DNA of 64,000 nucleotides from the NCBI GenBank assembly GCA_026936335.1, contig JAPMXV010000040.1, forward strand, positions 136,138-200,137. The letters run 5' to 3'. The position numbers were made by a program, and so were the translations under genes. Every line of letters begins with the position of its first letter. The first letter of the stretch is position 1. The stretch comes from Mantamonas sphyraenae STR306. Lineage: Eukaryota; Protista; CRuMs. Positions 23,514-33,200 of this stretch are shown here, piece after piece. Under the pieces are notes generated by a model that was not told where the DNA came from, made no database searches, and saw only the letters and a program-made list of their open reading frames with translations.

Positions 23514-26500
23514 TCAGAATCCCATCCACCCAGTGACCACAGCCAGCAGCTCACACACACGCATGCCGGCATGCATGATGAACCAACCGAACCAGGAGCC
23601 GTCGCCGACACCCATCTCGTAGGCCATCTGCTTGGCCCAGGGCAGAGCCAACAGAGCTGTAAACTGCGTCACCAGAGCGCTGCTCTTCATGAGCTTGACC
23701 CAAGTGGGTGCCCACAGTGCATAGCCCATGTATGCCAGGGGACGTTCACGCTGGATGCGCTGTCCAAACTGGCCGTCCAAACGGTACACGTCACTGGACA
23801 AAAGGCCCTGCGCATGCAACTCGGTGCAAATGAACGTAAACACAGGTTGCGGTGATCCTGCGCCCGTCTGTGACCACATGCGCAGCCTGTGGCGCAGGTT
23901 GACAAGGTGGTCGCGCACTTCCGTGTTGGTGATGTTCTGCGACAGGGCAGTCTGCACTTCCGTGTACAGGCTTTCCAGCGTTGCTGTGATCTCCGACTGC
24001 ATGGCAGGGTGGGCAAACGTCCACTGGAACAGCATGAACTGCACCCACATCGTTTGTGTGTCGCGCTGGAAGCTGTTGGAGGCGGTCATGTTGGCAAACA
24101 CGGCGTTGTGCACCGTGTCAAACACCTCACGCACAGTAACCACGTCTGTGTTGGCGCCATACTGTTGCTTCTGCATCCAGGCGTCGTCGCGCAGGCGTTC
24201 CATGCGAGTGGCCTGGAACAGCTGGGCAACGACAGCACCACGCAACGACGTCACAGCCTGGTGGATGTTGACCGACACCAGACCCAGCATGCCCGTGCGT
24301 TGCATCATATAACGGAAGACGTCCGAGTGGGGCACAATGTCGTCGGAGCTCAGCACCTCGGCAATGAGGGCCAGAGCTTCACGCTGCTTGGCCACACTCA
24401 CTGGCGTGATGGGCGGCTTGTTGTTGGGCAGTTGTGCGTCGCCACGGTGTGCCTTGGACACAACCTGGCCACCCACGTACTTGGTGGCGTAGTACCCGCT
24501 CAGGGTCACGTCAATCATCAGGGTCAGCCCTGCCGCTCCCAGATCCTCAAAGTTCTCGCCGGCCTCCACCGTGCGGTTGAGCAGCAGCGGCCACGTGGCC
24601 TTAACTGTCTCGATGCGTTCGCGGTAGAACCACAGTGGGTCGCTGCTCAGGTCAAAGTAGTTGGCGTACGGGTCCCATCCTTCTGCGCCAGCCACGTCCT
24701 CGTCGGTGTCAAATGGCTGCAGGTTGGCCTGCGCCATTGCCTTGAGTGTAGGATGTTGCACACCCTGCACCTCGTCTGACAGCGGTGTGTACCCGTAGCG
24801 GATGCAAAAGATGTCATAAGCGCCCGGGGTCGAGGTGAAGAACTCACCTTGGGCACTGGAGTTGCGTGCGATGTTTGTTGGAAGGTAGTCCATCACCGAG
24901 GCAGTGAGACCGTTGGCCTGGGTGTAAGCCACGTCGTGCAGCTGTGCAGGCGTCACTGCCGTGCTGCCTTTGAAGTTGTGGCGCAGGCCCAGCGTGTGGC
25001 CCACCTCGTGCATGACCACGTCGCGCAGGCCCGCACGGATGTATTCAATCGGCAAGGGTTGTCCAGGATTGGCCACGTTGTTCGCCAGCAGAGCTGTGCG
25101 CAGTCGCATGGCGTTCAGCAGCCTGTGGGCGCTCTTGACATCCACTGCCGCACGGCGTTGCGGGTCCTGGGACAGCAGATCCCAAATGGACCACTGTGCT
25201 GCATCCGCTCCCTCGATGGCCTGCAGCTTCTCGTGCACCGACTTGATGAGTGGGTGCTCCATCTCGGCCGTGGCGGCGTCAAAGGAAAACGAGGACGAGG
25301 CTGGGGACGCGTAGGAAGCAGAGGGCGATGCGGTGCTGCTGCGCATGGAACCCTGCATGCTGCGCGGCACAAGCATGTTGCGCACACGCTGGTCATACTG
25401 GGACTGGTAGACACGCGACCAGCCGTTGGTGATGATGATGTCCGCGTTGAGCAGGCGAGCGTTGCGCGGGTCAGTCATGGACGCCCCAAAGCCAAAGGTG
25501 GCTGCCTGGGCCTCTGTCCAACTCAGCACACTGTACTTGAGCATGCCTGGGTTGTAGTCTGCAGGCCAGTCGGCGTCGCCAGGCAACACAGCCTTGATGG
25601 CGTTGTTGCCAAGTCCTGCAGCGGCAAAGGCCTTGTTCCATGCCTCGATGCCCTGCTTGAATGCGTCGCGGTATTCCACAGGCACGGTGGGATCCACGTA
25701 GTAGCGCAAGGGCTCGGTGCTGGTCACGTACCAGCGGTTGGCGTAGTTGACCTCCCTGTTCTCCGGACGAACCTCGCCCATGTCCAGGAAAGATTCGGAA
25801 AAGAAGCCGACACGTTCGTCAACCACGCGGCCCAGCATACGTGGCTGCTCTTCAAGCATGACCACGCTGTAGTGGATGACAAGGCGCGAGTACTGAAAGG
25901 GCAGCTCCAGTTCCACTTCCATCGAGTCGGTTCCGGTCACGTTGGTCACGAAATCGTACAGCGGGTTGTTGCTCAGGCGTGCGGCGGAACCGTCGAGGAA
26001 GAGACCCAGGCGAAGGTATGCAGTGGCATCGATGAGCACCACGTCTTCGGTACGGCCTGGAGCTGGGGCAGCCGGGTTGTGCTTGTACGAGGCAACGACG
26101 GGGAACACGTACACGAGACGTTCCTGCTTGGCGCCGGCGACGTATGCATTGTACGCCGAGTCCTGCGTGCTGTTGATGCGAAAGCGAAAGTCGGGCTGGA
26201 CAAGCTCGATGCGCGTGTCCACCTGGCGCCACATAAACCAGTAAGGGTTGCCAAAGTTGATGGGAAAGTGATACATGGCGTTCTGCGGTTCACCTTTGGT
26301 CACGGTGGCGTCGACAACAAAGAGACGCTCAAGCTGGCTCTTTTTGATCTCCATGTAGAAGCGGTCGCCGCTGATTCCCGCGCTGGCAGGAAAGGGTTTG
26401 TCGTACACAGTGAACAGAGTCTGGATCTTCTTCATGCCCGCCGTGATCTTGGCGATGGGGTCGGACGGGAGCGGTGTCGAAGACGGGGACGGGGAGTGGG

Positions 26501-26819
26501 ACGGGGACGTGGACGGGGAAGCGGAAGGAGAGGGGGGCGTGGATGGGCTGCTGGCTGTGCTGTTGCTGTTGCCCTTGGCATTGCTTGCGTCGCGTGCATA
26601 TGCGGCAAAGTCGGACTGCAGGGTAGCCATAAGGGCGACGAGCACAATGACCAGGATCACGAGGATGAGCTGGGAAAGGATGGTGATCTTGTGCGACTGC
26701 CGCTCCAGGGACGCGTTGCCCTTGCTGGCGGTGCTGTTGGCAGACGCGCCATTTTCGTTGTTGATCAAACGCATGTCGTCTAGCTCCACGTCGTCGTGGT
26801 GCTCGTCCTCTCCATGCAT
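23514..26819 (-). CDS. Membrane-anchored zinc metalloprotease, bacterial DUF5117/DUF5118 + Met-zincin type, with extra C-terminal module
   Basis: N-terminal TM and Ser/Pro stalk; DERVGFF, YYVDPTVP, HEVGHTLGLRHNFKGS, Met-turn SVMDY, PGAYDIFCIRYGY. Confidence 0.88.
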   Translation of the reverse strand: MHGEDEHHDDVELDDMRLINNENGASANSTASKGNASLERQSHKITILSQLILVILVIVLVALMATLQSDFAAYARDASNAKGNSNSTASSPSTPPSPSASPSTSPSHSPSPSSTPLPSDPIAKITAGMKKIQTLFTVYDKPFPASAGISGDRFYMEIKKSQLERLFVVDATVTKGEPQNAMYHFPINFGNPYWFMWRQVDTRIELVQPDFRFRINSTQDSAYNAYVAGAKQERLVYVFPVVASYKHNPAAPAPGRTEDVVLIDATAYLRLGLFLDGSAARLSNNPLYDFVTNVTGTDSMEVELELPFQYSRLVIHYSVVMLEEQPRMLGRVVDERVGFFSESFLDMGEVRPENREVNYANRWYVTSTEPLRYYVDPTVPVEYRDAFKQGIEAWNKAFAAAGLGNNAIKAVLPGDADWPADYNPGMLKYSVLSWTEAQAATFGFGASMTDPRNARLLNADIIITNGWSRVYQSQYDQRVRNMLVPRSMQGSMRSSTASPSASYASPASSSFSFDAATAEMEHPLIKSVHEKLQAIEGADAAQWSIWDLLSQDPQRRAAVDVKSAHRLLNAMRLRTALLANNVANPGQPLPIEYIRAGLRDVVMHEVGHTLGLRHNFKGSTAVTPAQLHDVAYTQANGLTASVMDYLPTNIARNSSAQGEFFTSTPGAYDIFCIRYGYTPLSDEVQGVQHPTLKAMAQANLQPFDTDEDVAGAEGWDPYANYFDLSSDPLWFYRERIETVKATWPLLLNRTVEAGENFEDLGAAGLTLMIDVTLSGYYATKYVGGQVVSKAHRGDAQLPNNKPPITPVSVAKQREALALIAEVLSSDDIVPHSDVFRYMMQRTGMLGLVSVNIHQAVTSLRGAVVAQLFQATRMERLRDDAWMQKQQYGANTDVVTVREVFDTVHNAVFANMTASNSFQRDTQTMWVQFMLFQWTFAHPAMQSEITATLESLYTEVQTALSQNITNTEVRDHLVNLRHRLRMWSQTGAGSPQPVFTFICTELHAQGLLSSDVYRLDGQFGQRIQRERPLAYMGYALWAPTWVKLMKSSALVTQFTALLALPWAKQMAYEMGVGDGSWFGWFIMHAGMRVCELLAVVTGWMGF

Positions 26820-27075
26820 GGTTTGGACGACGGTGGGAAAGCGTTGCTTTTTCTGTGGCTGCCTCAGCGTCGGAGGAGAGTGGGAAGCAAGCGATGGTGT
26901 GAGGAGGATAGGAGATCATGGAGGTGGTGTGGGAATGACGTTGACACTGTTTTCGAGGCAGGCAGCGATTGTAGAAGCCTGCGTCGCGTGAGCCCTCATG
27001 GTCGCGAGCCGGGTATCTGACATGGCCAACCCAAGACTGGATAGTATGTGTTTGAGGCGCGATGGCAGGATACTT

Positions 27076-27160
27076 GCACGGGTGGCCGAGTGGTCTAAGG
27101 CGGCGGATTTAAGACCCGCTGACGTAACAGTCATCGCGGGTTCGAATCCCGCTCCGCGCA
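27076..27160 (+). tRNA. tRNA-Leu (anticodon UAA), long variable arm
   Basis: Acceptor GCACGGG/TCCGCGC+A, A-box TGGCCGAGTGG, loop TTTAAGA, variable arm TGAC/GTCA, T-arm GCGGG-TTCGAAT-CCCGC; T-run terminator near 27178-27182; two A-C mismatches. Confidence 0.88.
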
Positions 27161-27273
27161 GAGACCTATGATTCTTCTTTTTGGCTCTTGCGCTTGTGCA
27201 CCAACACAGGAGAATGCAGGGAGAATGCAGAAAACAACAATGCATTGTCTTGTTGAAGGTGTTCACTCTCGCG

Positions 27274-30200
27274 TCAGTCGTATTTGTCTTTCCAGGTGCC
27301 CGTTAGGCGCATTAGTAGCACAGGACTTCGATACACGTCCAACAGCTCGTGGTAGAGAGTCTCTTCGAGCATGAGGTCTTCGTCTTGGCGTGCAGCGTAC
27401 AAATCGTCACACAGTTGCATGAGCGAGGTGACGTCGGGAAGGTCGGTAAACATCGCGTCGCGTCCCAGGCCCGTCAGTGACAGGCGCAGGAAGCGGCCCA
27501 CACTGAGCACCACACCGACGTAGAGTCCCACCACACCTAGCGATGCAATCTGAGACACCACGCCAGACGGGAAACGTGCGCTCAGCGTCACCATGGTCAG
27601 ATCTTCACCAGGAAACGCCGGTCCAGGTTCTTGCCGGATCACCCAGAAGGGCAGGCCTCGCGATGACTGGTTCAGGCTGATGTATGCCGTCACGTTGAAT
27701 GTGTAGTCACGGCGGTTGGACATGGGTCGCGGAACGCCTGTCGCGGGCACTTCGATGAAGCGCGGCAACAGGTCCGGCACAACCATCACCTCGTCGGACG
27801 AGCCCAGCTCCTGGGTCTCGTTAAGAATGCGGAACAGAGAATCACGCTGTTTCTTGTTCAGCTGGTGGCTGTATGACATCTTGATCACAGGGGACACAGG
27901 CGGACCCCTGCGCACAAAACTCAGCGTCGTCGTCAGCTCAAACGGCCGCGGGTCGGACATGCGTAGCATCATCGAGTCGTACGACGTTGGACTGATGTCC
28001 CATAGGTACTGTGAACCTTGTGTCATTCTCAATAGCTGCGAGTTTTCCAGTCCTTCCTCCGTGCCCAGCTCCGGCATCTCGTACTGTTTCTGCCAAACGT
28101 TCACCTCTGACTCGGTGGTATTTGTGATCCTTGCGGCCATTTCCAGCTGGTACAAGGGCGGATAACCCGTGAGCAAACACGAGACATCGGTGCGAATAAG
28201 CAAATTCTTGCTCATCAGCGGCGTGCCCGTGCTCATGAGCAGCAGAGGCGACCACACAAGGAACACCAACGCCACAAAGATGGCCACTCCCTGACCAATC
28301 TTCATGTCTGCACGCACTTTGTCTCCACGCGAGCGCGGGTAGCGCTTGTAGTAGTTGCGGTCGCACTGGATTGCGTACAACTGGGAGTAGATGTCCTCCA
28401 GCTTGAGCCACTCGAAAAAGGTCATGGTGGTCTTTGTGCAGATCCAGTCCAGGAGGGAGCGCAGCTCGTACACAAACGGGATCGAACGGTACACGATGTA
28501 CGCGTACATCTCTTCCACTTGTTTGTATCGCATCAGAAACTGGCCGTATGTGTAGCGTGGGTAGCCATCTGCAACCTGCATGGCACTCAGCCACATGGCA
28601 ATGGCCTTGAGGACGTACAGCGTACGCAGTGCGATATTGTTTGCAAAGGCCACACGTGCCAGATCTGGCAGCCAGAATGTGATCAGCACGTGTTGCGTGA
28701 TCACCATGCAAAAGTGCACCACTGTCTTGAGGGCAAGCGCACGGTACAGGTACAGCACACGATCCACAATCAACAGGCCAAACTGCGAGAGCATGGCAAA
28801 CACGAGCGGGCCCGGGATGCGGTTGTTCACCACAAAGTCGGTCAAACTTTCGCCCTGGCCGTTTGCGTTGGAGTCGGTGTACAGCGGAAAGAACGCAAGC
28901 AGGTAGATGAAGAGGATAAACTCGATGACAAACTGCCACACGTACCAGTCGCGGCCAGGCTTGTAGCCACTGTATCCGAGCCACGCCCACCAATCCCGCA
29001 CAGGCACACGCGACCCCGCTTCTGTGCTTCCAAACAAGCTGTTGGACGAGCCCACGTTGAGTGACGCCGCTCCCTTGCTTCTGCCCAGCTGGCCCAGTTT
29101 GGGCGCCACCGGACGCGCCGTCGACGCAGTGCTCTGGTTTTCGTTCATGTCGCTTGCTGTCCACAACTCGCTTGGATGTGACGATGCATCGCTGGGGAAC
29201 AACTCGTCCAGAAGGGCCATGCCTTTGCGTGTGGACGGCATGAGGTCCTCGGCTGCATCCTCGGCCGTCGCAGCTTCCATAGCGCGCACACGGTTCTGGT
29301 GGCGCTCAAACGCTCGGCGCACGTGTGTATCCATCAAGCGGGCAAGGGTGTCGATGCCCAACTTGTTGCGCATGTGTCTGTGGTAGCACAGCGCTGCCAG
29401 CAGAAGTAGATCCCAGTAGGTGGAGGCAAAGAAGGATTGTTCAAATTTGAACAGCCCGATCACACGCGGCATGGCCAGCTCTGCCGACCAGGTGCTTGTG
29501 GCTTGCGGCACATGACACACGTCTGGCCCACACGCCATCGTGTAGCGCCACAGGCCGTCGGAGCTGCGGCACGCGCACACAAATCCAAACTGGAAGAAGA
29601 ACTTGAGCATGGTGCAACTCTGCGTGTAGATCAGCATCACGTCCCAGAAGCCGGCTGTGCGAATACGCCGTGTCACACCGTACACCAGCATGGCCACAGG
29701 GTACATCACACTCAGCACGTCTGCGTCCGACGTGTGCACCATGATGAACAGCACAAAGCAGATCAGCTGCGAGTTGAACTGCAGCCAGTGCCCCATAGCC
29801 TGCATCACATCCATCAAACCGTATGTCTTTGTCGTGCCCGCACCCTCCTCTGGTACCGATTCTGCGTCCGGACGGTCCACGTACACAACCTCCTCCTCAA
29901 ACGCAGCCTCCAACAGTGCCTTGGCCTCGTTGCCCTTGCCCTCGCTCATGTTGTCGCTGCTGGTACTGCTTTCTTTGTCATCGTCGCCGCCGCTGTCGCT
30001 GTCGACTGGGAAACCACGCGTACTGGTGTTTTTGATGCTCATCTCCTCGCTGTCGCGGTCGTCGTCGTCAGAGAGTGCAACCACGTCTTCGTCTTCTTCG
30101 CCTGCACGCTTATTCGGGTGTGCGCTCATGGTGCCACGCCGCTTGCGCCACAAATAGTCGTCCAGGCGCTTCCACGGGTCTTGTGAGACGATCCAGTGTG

Positions 30201-33200
30201 CGAATTGCTGCCACTTGGATTTGTGCCGTTGCCTCTCGATTTCTGCCTCCACTTCTTCCTTGTGCGTGCGTGCCTCTTGTACCTTGCGTGCCATATCTGC
30301 TTCCCAGTTCATCACCGTCTCCAGCGTGTTGTCGCCTTCCGTAGCAGTGGCCGATCCTTGAAAGATGCGCAGTTCCTCCAGATGCTTCTTGCGCAGTGCC
30401 TTTTCGCGTGCCTGTTTTTCAAACTGCTCGCGCATGTCATCTTCCATCATTTCAAACTGGGCCTTTGCAATCTCGCGGCTCTTGATGCGGTCTGCGCGCA
30501 CGGCCTTGAGCATGGTCTGGAAATCGGGATGCTGGACAATGGTACGCATGACTGTGATGAGCACAAAGGCAGTGATGTCCAGCAGGGCACCATGGACGGT
30601 GAACGCGCTCCCATCGGAGCGGTTGAGCTTGTGCAGGCCCAGGCGCGGGATGCCCAGGTGGCCCACAAACGGGGCCTGATAGAACAGCTTGACCGTGAGC
30701 ATGACGTACGTGAACACATGGATGTAGCGACACACCAGCAGCGGGTTGGTAAAGAACATCCTGTTCTGTTGAATGAACATCAGGGCGCCGCAGGCGTAGA
30801 TGGCGCCGATGTACGTGTACGTGACGGTGCCCATGAGGAAACAAACCCAACAGATGGTGGGAAACAGATAGCGCACAATCTTCTTGCGCAGCCATGAGCG
30901 GTGGTGCTCCTTGAGATGACCGTGCTTGTCGTACACCTCCTGCAAGGCGGCATCCGGGTGCTTCGGATGAGCAAACTTGACCTGCTGCCCCCAGCACATG
31001 AGGACAACGAAAAAGTCGGACAGGAGCTCGGTAGGGGTGGAGTTGTGCAGGCCGAGCCAGTCGACGGTCTCGCTGCTCTGGATGTGATGCCAGGGCGGGT
31101 GGATGGGAGAGCCGGTGGCGTTGAGCAGGAGCACAGAGTACTGCCACAGCAGTGAGGTAAGGGAAAGGAAGCAAAAGCCAATCCAGATGCGTTTGATGGT
31201 GTTGCGTTTAAAGGCAACGCAGGCACCGCCAAAAGACAGGTTGATCAAGCCGATGAGGTCCATGCGTACGTAACTGGCGACAAGCACGGTGAGAATGACA
31301 AACTCAAAGCCGTAGCGATGGAAGAGTTTGCTCACTCGTGTGAACAGGCGCGTTTCCTCCAGACGAGCCAACTCTTGGCGCGAGCGCGTGCTGTCGCGGC
31401 GCAGTGTGGAATTGACGATGGCAAAGAGGAGCACGAGAAAGTCGGAGCGGAAAGCGTGCCAAGGGGTCGGGTAGTGCACGAGTCCGATCCAGGCGTCGAT
31501 GAGGCCCGGATTTTCGTGCATGCCCTCAAACTGATAGACGTACTTGGCGACCATGATGGCCTGGTAGACGGAAAGGATGACCACCATGCGTGTGCGAGAC
31601 AGGTGACGCAGAGGAACGCTGAAACAGGCCATGAGGACGACAATGGCCGAGAGTACAGACACGGAGCGCCAGTCGGTGACACCCGAGTAGAAAAGAAAGA
31701 AGAGGACGAGACGCGGGGTGTTGATCTCGAGCAGCCAACGCACAAACTGGATGGCGTAGGCGATGCGCTCCCACGTGTCTGTGTCCTTGTCCTTGTCGGT
31801 GACCACCCATTGGCGAACGAGTTCGACGAGCTGGCCCGTGCTGTTGCGCATGCGGCGCATGGCTTGGTCGCGCTCGAGCAGCCGCCAGTACAGGACCGAA
31901 AACACAAAGACGGCAAGGTCGCCGGCAATGACGGGGTCAATCTGGCCCAGCGAGAAGCCCTTTGTGAGCCCGATGCCGAGATCGCCCGGTTCAAATGCAC
32001 TGCCGTTTGCAGAGAGCGAGGCGGCGATGCCCCTGCTGACCACAGGGAACTGGAACACGTAGCGCATAAAGACGACGACGCTGGAGAGAAAGATAAACAC
32101 AGGCCAGACGTGGATGAGGATGGGGCGCAGGTGGCGGTTGGCCTCGTGAAAGACGACGAGCAAGGCGCCCATGACGAGGTGGATGAGGCTGAGCACATTG
32201 GCGCGCAAAATCATGGGCACCAAGAGGAGAAGGAGGATGCATGCATAGAGGAGAAAGGCGTCGCTGAGCCATGCGAGCAGCTTGCTGAGTTTGTCAAACC
32301 AGACGGCTGCTTGCCAACGAGATCGGTCGCGAGCCGAGGCTTTCTCTGTTGCGGCATCGCGATCATCGCTGTTGCCACTGTCTGTGGATTTAGGCATGCG
32401 GCGGGAGCGACGCGAAACGGAGGCCATAGCGGCCTGAGCAGGCGCGACGTAGCCGGCCGAGTGTTGGAGGAGAGTGTGTTCGACGTCGTCATCCCACGCG
32501 TCGGCACTGAGAAAGCGAAAGTGGCGGCCACTGCTGTCTGTGGTGCGCAGAGTGTCGTAGGTGCGTCGCATGGACTGAAAGGTGGCACTGCGAAAGGTGT
32601 TGAGTTGGACGGTGGCCAGAAGGAGGATGAGGAGTTCCCAAAAGATGCCTGCCCACAGGGTGGTGAAGTGGTCCAGGCCAATGTACTCGCTGACCTCTGT
32701 GTCCTTGAACCAAACCAACTGCCAAATGATGATGGTGACGACGACAGCCTGGCAGTAGACGACGAGGCCGAGCCAGGTGCGCTCGGCAAAGTGTGGGAAG
32801 CAGAAGAAGAGAAGGCAAATGAAGAGAAAGACGGCGTTGAACACGGTGACGCGCTGGATGACGCAGAGGATGAGGCCGAGGACTGTGGCGCGAAAGGCGT
32901 GGACGACAATCATGCCCACAAACCACTGTGCGAGCATGATGAGGAACTCCTTGGCGGAGCCGAGGAAGGAAGTGAGCGAGTCGAGGAAGCGGTCAAAGAG
33001 GCCAACTTCCGACACGCGGCTGGCGGCACTGTTCTCGGTGGGGTCGATGGAGACGTTTGAACGCGCGTCATCGTCTTGGCTATTGCCTTCGCCGGTCATT
33101 TCCTTCCACCACTGCGGCGCAGCGGCCTTGTCGGCGGGTTGGGGCAATTGGTGGTCGCCATGCGGACCGAAGCCGTCGTGGCGGCCGTAGCGGTTGGCAA

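Noticed and set aside
27005-27065. TPP riboswitch or U4 snRNA similarity (CTGGATAGT; GAGGCGCGAT)
   Set aside because: TPP CUGAGA and P5 pairing are missing; the U4 kink-turn and Sm-site context is missing.
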